NCBI GenBank assembly: GCA_022340345.1 | Contig: JAJDOE010000033.1 | Coordinates: 9,122-73,121 of the forward strand | Reading direction: 5' to 3' | Source: Gammaproteobacteria bacterium | Lineage (GTDB): Bacteria; Pseudomonadota; Gammaproteobacteria; HyVt-429 | DNA: 64,000 nt | Shown: in pieces, positions 41,148 through 50,076 of the stretch | Numbering within the stretch: position 1 is the stretch's first letter | Layout: every line of letters begins with the position of its first letter | The notes under the pieces: generated by a model | Databases searched by the model: none | Told to the model about the DNA's origin: nothing | The model's input: the letters and a program-made list of their open reading frames with translations, nothing else | Made by a program: the position numbers and the translations under genes

Positions 41148-41876
41148 TCAGTCATCCGCGTCCAGCCACAGGGGGACCCGGTGAGCGACGCGGATGCCGG
41201 TGTCGGTGTGGGCGAGCCGCAAGGCCAGCAATTCGATGCCGGCGGCCGCTGCCCGGCGCAGGGTCTCCCCGTAGGCCGGGTCAACCTCGTCGGCGGGTGC
41301 GAACCGCGTTCCCTCGGGACGATTTAGCGCAAAGATCATCACCCCGCGGAGCCCCTGGCGTACCGCGTACATCAGCACCTCGAGGTGCTTGCGTCCGCGC
41401 TCGCTGACGGCGTCCGGGAACAGCAGGCGCTCGCCGTCGGCGGACAGTAAGGTGGTGTTCTTCACTTCCACCAGCGCGTCGCGCAGCCGCGGGCTGCCGC
41501 TCAGGTACAGGTCCAGGCGGGATGCCGGCAGGCCCGGAGCATGGTAGCGGTGCTCAGGCCGCAGCTGCGGATACCCGGCGAGCTCCGGGACCCGGCCCAG
41601 CTCGATGCCTTCCGCAACCACTCCGTTGACGCGCCCGGTGTGAACCCCGATCCAGCCGCCGCCCATGTCGATCCGTTCCAGCGTCCAGGCGAGTTTCCGC
41701 CTGGGGTTGTCGCTGTGGCTCACCTGGACCGGCACCCCCGGGGCCCAGCAGCTGGTCATCGCGCCGGTGTTGGGGCAATGGGCGACCACCTCCCGGCCAT
41801 CCGCCAGCGTCACGTCCGCCAGGAAACGCTTGTAACGGCGCCGGATGGTTCCCGGGTACAGGCTGGGAAGCTGCAT
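41148..41876 (-). CDS. sfsA: sugar fermentation stimulation protein A (DNA-binding)
   Basis: RYKRFLADVTL...CPNTGAM...VEVK...HLEVL collinear with E. coli SfsA; 242 aa. Confidence 0.9.
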   Translation of the reverse strand: MQLPSLYPGTIRRRYKRFLADVTLADGREVVAHCPNTGAMTSCWAPGVPVQVSHSDNPRRKLAWTLERIDMGGGWIGVHTGRVNGVVAEGIELGRVPELAGYPQLRPEHRYHAPGLPASRLDLYLSGSPRLRDALVEVKNTTLLSADGERLLFPDAVSERGRKHLEVLMYAVRQGLRGVMIFALNRPEGTRFAPADEVDPAYGETLRRAAAAGIELLALRLAHTDTGIRVAHRVPLWLDADD

Positions 41877-41996
41877 GACGGCAGTGATTGTACGATGACC
41901 CGCAGGCGGGCCGGATGGTTTGGCGGCCCGCTGCGGCCGCTGCTATGCTCGATCGTCCTCCAGCCACATAAACTACGCAGAAGAGGAGGACTCGGG

Positions 41997-44039
41997 ATGG
42001 CCGACTACGCCACCGCAGACATCCGCAACCTGGCGCTCGTGGGTCACACGGGCGTCGGCAAGACCACCCTGACCGAGGCGTTGCTCGTGGCAGCCGGCGT
42101 GATCCCGGAGGCTGGTTCCGTGGAACGGGGCACCACGGTCAGTGACTTTGAGGAACAGGAAAAAGCCCACCAGCATTCGCTTAGCAGCAGCGTCATCAGC
42201 TTCGACCACGACGGCCAGCACATCAATCTCGTGGACACCCCAGGCCTGCCGGACTTCGCCGGACATGCCCTGAGCGCCCTCGCGGGTGTAGAGACCGTCG
42301 CGGTCGTGATCAACGCGGAGTCCGGGCTCGATATCACCGCCCGCAGAATGATGGATTTCGCCGCCAGTCGCCGGCTGTGCCGAATGATCATCATCAATCG
42401 TATGGACGCCGACAACACGGATCTGGCCTCCCTGTGCAAGGACGTACGCGCTACCTTCGGCAATCAGTGCCTCGCCATCAACCTGCCGGGGGCGGGTGGA
42501 ACCGCAGTGGTGGATTGTTTTTTTCAACCAAAAGGCGAATCGGATTTTCTCTCCGTCGCCGAAGCGCGCACCGCCATCGTTGACCAGGTGGTAGAGGTGG
42601 ACGAGAAACTCATGGAGCGTTACCTGGAGAAGGGTGAGGTCAGCCCGGAAGAGCTGCACGACGCCTTCGAACAGGCGCTGCGGGAGGGCCACCTGGTGCC
42701 GGTGTGTTTTACGTCGGCGACCAGTGGCGCCGGAGTTCGGCAATTGCTGCACATATTTGACCAGTTGCTTCCCAATCCCATGGAGGGGAACCCGCCGCCA
42801 TTCCTGCTGGAGTCCGGAAGCGGAAAAAAAGAAGTGCATGCGGATGCGGATCCGGACAAGCACGTACTCGCCCATGTGTTCAAGATTCACTTCGATCCCT
42901 TTGCAGGCAAGCTGAGCTACCTGCGCATCCACCAGGGCACCATAACCCGTGACACCCAACTGTTCGTTGGTGACGCACGCAAGGCATTCAAGGTCGGGCA
43001 CCTGTTCGGTGTGCGTGGCAAGGAGACTTTCGAGATGGAGCGCGGCGTACCGGGCGACATCTGCGCGGTATCCAAAGTGGACGAAACGCACTTCGACAGC
43101 GTGTTGCACGACTCGCATGATGAAGACCATATCCACCTGGCTCCCCTGAAACTGCCAATGTCCCTGCACGGGCTTGCTATTACCGCCAGGAACCGCGGGG
43201 ACGAGCAGAAAATCGCGGATGTGATGCACCGCATGGTGGAAGAGGATCCGTGCCTGCAGATCGAGCACAACGCCAGCGCCAACGAGACCGTGTTGCGTGG
43301 CCTGGGCGAACTGCACCTGCGCATCAGCCTGGAAAAGATGGCAGACCGTTACCACGTAGAGGTGGATACCCAGCCACCTTCCATCCCCTACCGGGAAACC
43401 ATCACCGCCAAGGCGGAGGGCCATCACCGCCACAAAAAACAGACCGGCGGCGCGGGCCAGTTCGGCGAGGTGTTCCTGCGGGTTGAGCCGCTGGCACGCG
43501 GCTCGGGCTTCGAGTTCGCGGACGAAGTTAAGGGGGGCGTGATCCCGGGCCAGTTCATCCCGGCGGTGGAGAAGGGTGTGCGCCAGGTGTTGGACAGCGG
43601 CGCCATCGCCGGTTTCCCCATGCGCGATCTGCGCGTGACCGTCTACGACGGCAAATACCACTCGGTGGACTCCAAGGAAATCGCGTTCGTACAGGCGGGA
43701 AAGAAGGCCTTTGTGGATGCCATCGGCAAGGCGCGCGCCATTGTGCTGGAACCGATCGTCGATCTGCAGATCACCGCGCCCCAGGCGTGCATGGGCGACA
43801 TTGCCGGCGACCTGAGTTCGCGGCGCGGTCGGGTCAGCGATACCCGTGCCGAGGGAGATACGGCGCACATCAGTGGCCAGGCCCCGCTGGCGGAGCTTGG
43901 CGACTACCAGTCCAAGCTCAAGTCCATGACCGGTGGCGAGGGCACCTTCAGCATGGATTTCGCCGCCTATGAACCGGCGCCGGCCAACGTGCAGAAGGAA
44001 ATAATATCGCTCTTCAAGGGCGTGGCGGACGACGAGTGA
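41997..44039 (+). CDS. elongation factor G paralog (FusA2/EF-G2-like translational GTPase)
   Basis: G1 GHTGVGKTT, DTPG, NRMD; domains II-V recognisable (GGAGQFGEVFLRVEPL, IPAVEKGVRQ); divergent from canonical FusA but similar by eye to mycobacterial Rv0120c-type FusA2. ATG at 41997 with a GAGGAGGA RBS. The ORF-track start at 41541 overlaps sfsA on the opposite strand and is rejected. Confidence 0.85.
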   Translation: MADYATADIRNLALVGHTGVGKTTLTEALLVAAGVIPEAGSVERGTTVSDFEEQEKAHQHSLSSSVISFDHDGQHINLVDTPGLPDFAGHALSALAGVETVAVVINAESGLDITARRMMDFAASRRLCRMIIINRMDADNTDLASLCKDVRATFGNQCLAINLPGAGGTAVVDCFFQPKGESDFLSVAEARTAIVDQVVEVDEKLMERYLEKGEVSPEELHDAFEQALREGHLVPVCFTSATSGAGVRQLLHIFDQLLPNPMEGNPPPFLLESGSGKKEVHADADPDKHVLAHVFKIHFDPFAGKLSYLRIHQGTITRDTQLFVGDARKAFKVGHLFGVRGKETFEMERGVPGDICAVSKVDETHFDSVLHDSHDEDHIHLAPLKLPMSLHGLAITARNRGDEQKIADVMHRMVEEDPCLQIEHNASANETVLRGLGELHLRISLEKMADRYHVEVDTQPPSIPYRETITAKAEGHHRHKKQTGGAGQFGEVFLRVEPLARGSGFEFADEVKGGVIPGQFIPAVEKGVRQVLDSGAIAGFPMRDLRVTVYDGKYHSVDSKEIAFVQAGKKAFVDAIGKARAIVLEPIVDLQITAPQACMGDIAGDLSSRRGRVSDTRAEGDTAHISGQAPLAELGDYQSKLKSMTGGEGTFSMDFAAYEPAPANVQKEIISLFKGVADDE

Positions 44040-44080
44040 AGACGGCCACCTTGCAGTTGGCCTGTGCCGGACCCATGTAG

Positions 44081-44371
44081 ATGAGCATGACAACGGTATT
44101 GCAAACTATCGCCGGGTACCCCTGGCTGCGCTGGCCCGCCTACCTGCTGTTCGCCTGGGTCTTTTACAACGCGGGGGAAACCACCACGGTGTGGCTGGCG
44201 GCTCCCGGGGAATTTTCCGGTGGCTGGGCCTGGCTGTGGGTCGCGACGTTCCCGCTGCTGCTGGTAGCGTTCTTTCAGGTCAATCGATACCTGGGCTGCG
44301 CCTCCGGTCAGTGTGCGGCAGGCGCACGCACCAAAGACCGGGGCGACTGGTCCATGCCCCCGGGGCACTAG
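44081..44371 (+). CDS. small hydrophobic membrane protein (hypothetical)
   Basis: 96 aa, two TM helices, Trp-rich (WLRWPAYLLFAWVFY...GGWAWLWVATFPLLLVAFF); 41 nt downstream of the EF-G paralog and followed by a strong terminator. Confidence 0.45.
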   Translation: MSMTTVLQTIAGYPWLRWPAYLLFAWVFYNAGETTTVWLAAPGEFSGGWAWLWVATFPLLLVAFFQVNRYLGCASGQCAAGARTKDRGDWSMPPGH

Positions 44372-44401
44372 GGCCCGGCGCCGCCGGGAATCGCATCCCG
44401 C

Positions 44402-44431
44402 AAAAAAAGCCGGCTTTCGCCGGCTTTTTTC
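44402..44431. terminator. bidirectional Rho-independent terminator
   Basis: CAAAAAAAGCCGGCtttcGCCGGCTTTTTTCAC; serves the EF-G paralog operon (+) and the convergent GDSL gene (-). Confidence 0.7.
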
Positions 44432-44455
44432 ACACCCGGGCGTCACCCGCCGGGC

Positions 44456-45823
44456 CTACAGGCCGTAGCTGATGGCGGCGTTGATCCAGACGTTGGAAAT
44501 AATCAAGTCGCCGGCGCCGTTGGGATGCAGGCCGTCGGAGGTGTAGGCGCCCCAGTTTCCGACCAGGGCGGAGTAATGATCTGCAAAGGGAATGACCAGG
44601 AAGTCGGTGATCAGTTCCACGTACCCGTTGACCACCGGCACCACGCCGCCGGTTCCGGTCTTGATGTCCGGCATCAAGGTCCCCAGGAACGGCAGGCTGC
44701 CGCTGCTCTGGCAGATGCCTGCCATGGTGTAGAGGTTGACCGCGGTGGTGAACACGCCGATTCCGGCCTTGGCGTCGTTGTTGCCCTCCAGGATGAACGT
44801 CGCCGCGCCGCTGGAACAGGCGCCACCCACGCGACCCACGCCCTGCACTGTGGTCTCACCGCTTTTGCCGAAATCGATGACGTCGATGTTCAGACCCTGG
44901 CCGCGAAGAATATCCTCAAGCACCGCCGGGTAGCCGCCGTCGGTGATGCTGTCGCCAAAGCCGGCAATGACCACGTCGGCGGTCGCTGCCCGGGTGGTCT
45001 TTTGCGGTTCCAGTTTGCGCTTGGCAGATACCTTTCCAAACGGCAGGCTCAGGGACTGCACGCCGCGGGCGCCAGGGACGTGGATGCTCGCCGGTTCCAG
45101 CGAATCCAGGAATGCGGGTCGCGATGGCAGTTTCGAAGCGCTGTGCCGCGCCCACGCCTGGCGGCTGGCCGCGATGGTCTTCTCGCTACTCCAGGCGCCG
45201 TTTTCCAGCCTGGCCTGGAACGTCTTGTACTGGTTGTCCTGCATGCCCGACCAGGTAACGCTGAGCTGCCCGTTATCGAGCGACAATACCGGCTGCACGT
45301 CCGGGAGACGATCGAACTGGCTGACCGCAGTGGGAATCTGCCAGGTGCCGTTGGTAAAACGGGTCACGTAGATTTCGTCACCATCTCCCTGGTTGCCGGA
45401 AAACGCGAGCCACACACTGCCATTTTGATCCACCAGCAGGTTGGGACCGGTGTTGCTGTCAAAGCCGGTGTGGATCGGCTCTGGTCGGGAGGCTACGCCG
45501 TTGCGCACCACGCTGTAGTAGAGCGTCGCCTTCGCCGGGTCTTGCCGCGGATGAGCGGACCATGCGACCCACAGGTTGCCCTGGGCATCGGTGCTGAGCG
45601 TCGGAGCAAAGTCGTCGTTACCCTCGGTACCCAGGCTGGTGGGCCGGCTCCAGCGACCGTGGTTCAGACGGCTCAGACGCAGGTCGTGATCCTTGCCGTT
45701 GAACACCGAAAATGCGAGCAGCGCGCCTTTCGTGGACGAGCCCGCGGCAAGGCTGCCGTTCAGCGGCAACAGGGCCGCCGCCAATACAACGGCGGCGGAT
45801 AGACGAAATTGCGGGCCGAACAT
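44456..45823 (-). CDS. secreted two-domain protein: N-terminal beta-propeller/sialidase-like region plus C-terminal SGNH/GDSL hydrolase
   Basis: Signal peptide; C-terminal GFGDSITDGG (block I), GxND, and DGLHPN (block V) SGNH-hydrolase motifs; N-terminal half Trp/Ser-rich with repeated LWVAWS/VWLAFS motifs. Confidence 0.75.
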   Translation of the reverse strand: MFGPQFRLSAAVVLAAALLPLNGSLAAGSSTKGALLAFSVFNGKDHDLRLSRLNHGRWSRPTSLGTEGNDDFAPTLSTDAQGNLWVAWSAHPRQDPAKATLYYSVVRNGVASRPEPIHTGFDSNTGPNLLVDQNGSVWLAFSGNQGDGDEIYVTRFTNGTWQIPTAVSQFDRLPDVQPVLSLDNGQLSVTWSGMQDNQYKTFQARLENGAWSSEKTIAASRQAWARHSASKLPSRPAFLDSLEPASIHVPGARGVQSLSLPFGKVSAKRKLEPQKTTRAATADVVIAGFGDSITDGGYPAVLEDILRGQGLNIDVIDFGKSGETTVQGVGRVGGACSSGAATFILEGNNDAKAGIGVFTTAVNLYTMAGICQSSGSLPFLGTLMPDIKTGTGGVVPVVNGYVELITDFLVIPFADHYSALVGNWGAYTSDGLHPNGAGDLIISNVWINAAISYGL

Positions 45824-46007
45824 CGGGGCGCCTCCGGGAAATTCATGACAGGGAGAAAAGGGGCTGGGATTTTGCCACCGGCCTGCCGGGGCGGCAAGGC
45901 CGGGAGGCCGTTTGTAGGCGGGTTATTAGCGGGTTATGGTGGCTTAGTCACAAACTGCCTTAAGGGGTCCAGGCCTGATTGCCGATCTCCTGCCCGCGCC
46001 GGCGCAG

Positions 46008-46409
46008 GTGCGGATCGCCCGCACCACCCGTCGGCTTGCGGAACAACGCCGGTTTTACGGGGAAACCCTCGGCCTTGTGGTTGTGGCGGAGTTCTCCGGG
46101 CACGCCGGCTACTCCGGCGTCGTATTCGCCCTGCCGGGGCTGCCCCTGCACCTGGAATTCACCCGGCAGCTTCCGGCAGCCCCGGTGCCGGTGCCGGATC
46201 CGGATGAGTTGCTGGTGTTGTATCTCCCGGATGCCGGGGTCCGGCGGGCCCTGCTGCAGCGTCTCGCCGTGGCCGGCCGGCGTCCGCTGGAGCCTGCGAA
46301 CCCCTACTGGAAACAGGACGCACACACCTTTGCCGACGCCGATGGCTGGCGCATTGTCATCGCCGCGCGGCCGTTGCGGATAGGATCGGTCTCCCCGGAC
46401 GCGAAGTGA
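46008..46409 (+). CDS. VOC (glyoxalase/bleomycin-resistance/dioxygenase) family protein
   Basis: RIARTTRRLAEQRRFYGETLGLVVV... and a beta-alpha-beta-beta-beta module pattern; GTG start uncertain. Confidence 0.6.
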   Translation: MRIARTTRRLAEQRRFYGETLGLVVVAEFSGHAGYSGVVFALPGLPLHLEFTRQLPAAPVPVPDPDELLVLYLPDAGVRRALLQRLAVAGRRPLEPANPYWKQDAHTFADADGWRIVIAARPLRIGSVSPDAK

Positions 46410-46415
46410 GGCGAC

Positions 46416-47078
46416 ATGGGCGCGAAATTCAAAGACCTCGAGTTTCAGGAATACGAGCCGCAGGAAATGGAGCGGCGGATTCGGGAACTGCGCGAAGACC
46501 TTTCCCGGCGGCGCACGGTTCGCGAATTTTCCGATCGGCCGGTGTCGCGGGAAATCATCGCCGAGTGCCTGCGCGTCGCGGGCAGCGCACCCAGTGGTGC
46601 CAACGGCCAGCCCTGGCATTTCGTCGCGGTCTCGGACCCGGACCTGAAACGGCGCATCCGCCTGGCCGCGGAGGCGGAAGAACAGCGCTTCTATCGTGAA
46701 CGGGCGCCCAAGGAGTGGCTCAAGGCGCTGGAGCCCCTGGGCACGAACCAGCACAAACCGTTTCTGGAGACCGCCCCCTGGCTGATTGTGGTATTTGTCC
46801 AGCGCTACGGGCTGACGGCAGACGATACCCGCTACAAGCACTACTACGCATCGGAATCGGTGGGCCTGGCCAGCGGGTTCCTGCTCGCCGCCCTGCACCG
46901 GGCGGGACTCGCGTCCCTGACCCATACCCCGGCGCCGATGTCATTTCTCAAGGACGTGCTCGGCCGGCCGGACAACGAACGCCCGTTCATGATTGTGGTC
47001 GCCGGCTACCCGGCGGCGGAGGCACAGGTTCCCGACATCCGCCGCAAATCACTGGATGACATCGCAACTTTTTTATAG
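46416..47078 (+). CDS. nitroreductase-family FMN oxidoreductase
   Basis: [41 protein letters not shown] matches the nitroreductase signature; 220 aa. Confidence 0.85.
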   Translation: MGAKFKDLEFQEYEPQEMERRIRELREDLSRRRTVREFSDRPVSREIIAECLRVAGSAPSGANGQPWHFVAVSDPDLKRRIRLAAEAEEQRFYRERAPKEWLKALEPLGTNQHKPFLETAPWLIVVFVQRYGLTADDTRYKHYYASESVGLASGFLLAALHRAGLASLTHTPAPMSFLKDVLGRPDNERPFMIVVAGYPAAEAQVPDIRRKSLDDIATFL

Positions 47079-47100
47079 GACATCGACAAGGGCCACCTGC

Positions 47101-48000
47101 ATGAGCGCCGGAGTACGGATTTTTCTAGCCGGTTTCCTGCTGGTCGGGCCGGCGCATTCCGCCGAGGACCGGTTTGCCGGGGTGGAGATTCGCAGCGAGA
47201 AAATGGCGGGCAGCGTGTGGGCGCTGTACGGGCGCGGCGGCACCATCGGCGCCAGTATCGGCGAGGACGGCATCCTGCTGGTGGACGATTCCTACGCTCC
47301 GCTGAGCGACAAGATCCGGCGCGAACTGGCCCGCCTCGCGGGTGCGAATGGAAAGATTCGGTTCATCGTCAATACCCACTGGCACGGTGACCATACGGGG
47401 GGTAATGCGGATTTCGCCGGCACCGGGGCGACCATCTTTTCCCAATCTAATGTGCGTCGCAGGTTGATGACCGAGCAGCAGATTTTCGAGCGCAAGATCG
47501 ATCCCGCTCCCGCGGCGGCCTGGCCCATCGTGACCTTCGACCAGGGCCTGTCCTTTCACTTCAATGGTGAGGAAATCCGTGTGCGCCACCTTCCGCGGGG
47601 CCACACGGACGGGGACGCGGTGGTGCAGTTCATCGGATCGGATGTGATCCACGCCGGCGATCTGTTCTGGAACGGAAGCTTTCCGTTGGTGGACCAGCGG
47701 GCCGGTGGCCAGGTGGCCGGGTTCCTCGACGACGTACAACAGATTATCGAAATGGCAGGTCCGGAAACCCGCATTGTCGCCGGCCACGGCCCGGCGGGGG
47801 ACCGGGAGACGCTACGCGCCTGGCATCGGCGCCTGACGGCGGCGGTGGCCGCAATCCACGCGGCCCGGCAGCGTGGGCTTGGGCCGCAGGCGATGCTGGA
47901 CGCGGGGGTGCTGGCGGATTTCGCGGACCTCGGCCAGGGGTACATCACCCCGCTTCGCTTCGTGGAGTTTGTGCTGCAGGACCCGCCGCCGGTCGAATAG
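47101..48000 (+). CDS. MBL-fold metallo-hydrolase with signal peptide
   Basis: Signal peptide (MSAGVRIFLAGFLLVGPAHSA); HWHGDH (HxHxDH) zinc motif and downstream His/Asp ligands; 299 aa from the ATG at 47101. Confidence 0.8.
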   Translation: MSAGVRIFLAGFLLVGPAHSAEDRFAGVEIRSEKMAGSVWALYGRGGTIGASIGEDGILLVDDSYAPLSDKIRRELARLAGANGKIRFIVNTHWHGDHTGGNADFAGTGATIFSQSNVRRRLMTEQQIFERKIDPAPAAAWPIVTFDQGLSFHFNGEEIRVRHLPRGHTDGDAVVQFIGSDVIHAGDLFWNGSFPLVDQRAGGQVAGFLDDVQQIIEMAGPETRIVAGHGPAGDRETLRAWHRRLTAAVAAIHAARQRGLGPQAMLDAGVLADFADLGQGYITPLRFVEFVLQDPPPVE

Positions 48001-48033
48001 AAAATGGTGGCGGGTTCGCACCCAGGTTCGCGC

Positions 48034-48645
48034 CTATTTTTTTCGCGGGTGCTTGGTGGCCAGACCCCGCAGGGCATGATCCATGATCCGGCCGGCGAGT
48101 TGCCGCCGCAGCGGCTGGTGACCGAACAGCAGGCGGAAAAATAGCGGGCCATAGAGCATGTCCAGCGCAACCTCCAGGTCCAGGTTGTCGTCCAGGCGGC
48201 CAGTCTCCCGGGCCTGTTCCAGCAATTGCCTGCCGGCCTCGCGGCTGCGCAACAGCAGGCGCTCACGAAACGCACGGGTGAGTTCCGTGTCCGGGTCGGC
48301 GGTGGCGATCAGGGCGGCGGCGCTGCGGCCGGTGGGGGTGGCGAAAGCGAGGATCACACTTTCCAGCTGCGACCGCAGCGCCTTCAGCGGATCGCCGGAG
48401 CCGGGCTCGTGCACCTCGAGTCCAAACTCCATGAGCGCCGCCATGGCTACCGCCTGGGCATTGGGCCAGTGCCGGTAGATGGTGGGTTTGCCCACCCCGG
48501 AGTGCGCCGCTACGGCTTCCACCGTGACCGCGGCCAGTCCGCCCTGGCGCAGCAACAGACTGGCTGCGGTGAGCACACGCTTGCGAACCGCCGGGTTGCG
48601 GGGCCGCCCGGGCCGCCGGCGCGGGTTTTCGGTCACTTCGGGCAT
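48034..48645 (-). CDS. TetR/AcrR-family transcriptional repressor
   Basis: N-terminal HTH (TVEAVAAHSGVGKPTIYRHWPN); 203 aa; divergently oriented from the MFP-RND efflux genes. Confidence 0.9.
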   Translation of the reverse strand: MPEVTENPRRRPGRPRNPAVRKRVLTAASLLLRQGGLAAVTVEAVAAHSGVGKPTIYRHWPNAQAVAMAALMEFGLEVHEPGSGDPLKALRSQLESVILAFATPTGRSAAALIATADPDTELTRAFRERLLLRSREAGRQLLEQARETGRLDDNLDLEVALDMLYGPLFFRLLFGHQPLRRQLAGRIMDHALRGLATKHPRKK

Positions 48646-48671
48646 ATCGGACTGGGTTTGTTTAATAAAAA

Positions 48672-48685
48672 ACGAAACGTTTCGT
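48672..48685. promoter_or_regulatory. perfect 14-bp palindrome, candidate TetR operator
   Basis: ACGAAACGTTTCGT in the TetR/MFP divergent intergenic region, flanked by AT-rich sequence (TTTAATAAAAA...AACTATAAC). Confidence 0.5.
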
Positions 48686-48954
48686 AACTATAACGGATTT
48701 CCGCGGCCCGGCCCATTGCGGAAGCGGATTTCCTGCCCCGGGTGTGCCAGCAGCGCATTCGCCGCATTCGCGACCGGATCGCCGACCGGCGCGGGACGCG
48801 TTTCGGTTCCCGCCTCCCGACCGCTGCCTCGGCGACCAACTTCCCGGGCTCGTCGCGGTAGCATGGGCCGGCGCCCGAAGCGGCGCAACCCACTGGCGTT
48901 CGGGGCTTCAAACGGGACACAATAGCCATAAGGAAAACTTGGGAGCGGATTCCA

Positions 48955-50076
48955 TTGAGCAGTTTAACCGGGCGGTCAGGCGCCCTTTTTCTTTTCCTGC
49001 TGTTCGCCAGCGAAGGCTTCGCCCAGGGCGGTGCGCCGCCGGGGGTACCGGTTCGGGTCGCGGTAGCGGAACAGCTGGAGCTGGCCCCCACGGTATGGGT
49101 TTCCGGCGCGGTGGTCGGGCGAAATGATGCGAGGCTGGCAGCCGAAGTATCCGCGCGGCTGGTGGAAATTGCCGAGATCGGCAGCCGCGTGAAATCCGGC
49201 GATGTGGTGGCGCGGCTGGACGAAACCGAAATCGCACTGGAGGGTAACGAGGCGCGTGCGGTGGCCGCCCGGGAAAAGGCCCGATTCGCATTCGCCGAGC
49301 AGGAGCTGAAACGTTTCCGGTCACTGGCGGACGCCGGCCTGGTGACCCGCAGCCAGTTGGAGCAGGCCCGCACCCAGCGGGACGCCAGCCGCGGGGAATG
49401 GAACGCGGCCCAGGCCCGCCTGGACCGCGCCGAGGACCGGCTTGCGCGTACCCGGATCCGGGCGCCCTTTGACGGCGTGGTGACCGAACGCCTGCGCCAG
49501 GCCGGCGAACGCGTGGAGAGCGGCGCCGAGGTACTGCGCCTGGTGAATCCCGACACCCTGGAAGTCCAGGTGCGGGTGCCGTCCGGCACCCTGCCCCACG
49601 TGCCCTCCGGAACCGTACTGCCGATTCGTGGCGCGAACGGCGAGGTGCAAGGCACGGTGCGAACGGTGGTGCCGGTTGGCGACGACCGTTCGCGGCTGTA
49701 CGAGCTGCGGGTTGGTATCCCCGGCGCAGGCTGGCCGGCGGGGACCACCGTGCGGGTGCGGGTACCCACCGCCGCGGCGCGTAGCGTGGTCGCGGTACCG
49801 CGGGATGCCCTGGTGCTGCGCCGCACCGGCACCACGGTGTATCGCGTCAAGGCCGATGGCAGCCCCGAGCGGCTCAGCGTGCAGACCGGAGTGGCCAGCG
49901 AAACCCTGATCGAGGTGATCAGCGATCTGGCCGCCGGAGACCAGGTCATCGTGCGCGGCGCGGAACGCCTGTACCCGGGTGCCAAGGTGATGATCCAGAA
50001 CCCGCCCGGTCCGGCGGACGGCCAGGGCAGCAAGCCGCCGGCCGAGCCCGCCCCGGAATCGGAGAAGGCCTCGTGA
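48955..50076 (+). CDS. efflux RND transporter periplasmic adaptor subunit (MFP)
   Basis: Lipoyl/beta-barrel MFP architecture (RVKSGDVVARLD..., coiled-coil hairpin, RAPFDGVV); TTG start with a GGGAG RBS; overlaps the RND permease start. Confidence 0.85.
   Translation: MSSLTGRSGALFLFLLFASEGFAQGGAPPGVPVRVAVAEQLELAPTVWVSGAVVGRNDARLAAEVSARLVEIAEIGSRVKSGDVVARLDETEIALEGNEARAVAAREKARFAFAEQELKRFRSLADAGLVTRSQLEQARTQRDASRGEWNAAQARLDRAEDRLARTRIRAPFDGVVTERLRQAGERVESGAEVLRLVNPDTLEVQVRVPSGTLPHVPSGTVLPIRGANGEVQGTVRTVVPVGDDRSRLYELRVGIPGAGWPAGTTVRVRVPTAAARSVVAVPRDALVLRRTGTTVYRVKADGSPERLSVQTGVASETLIEVISDLAAGDQVIVRGAERLYPGAKVMIQNPPGPADGQGSKPPAEPAPESEKAS

Noticed and set aside
41541-41996. ORF-track 5' extension of the EF-G paralog to 41541.
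   Set aside because: It overlaps sfsA on the opposite strand. An ATG at 41997 preceded by a GAGGAGGA RBS gives an N-terminus that aligns with EF-G family starts.
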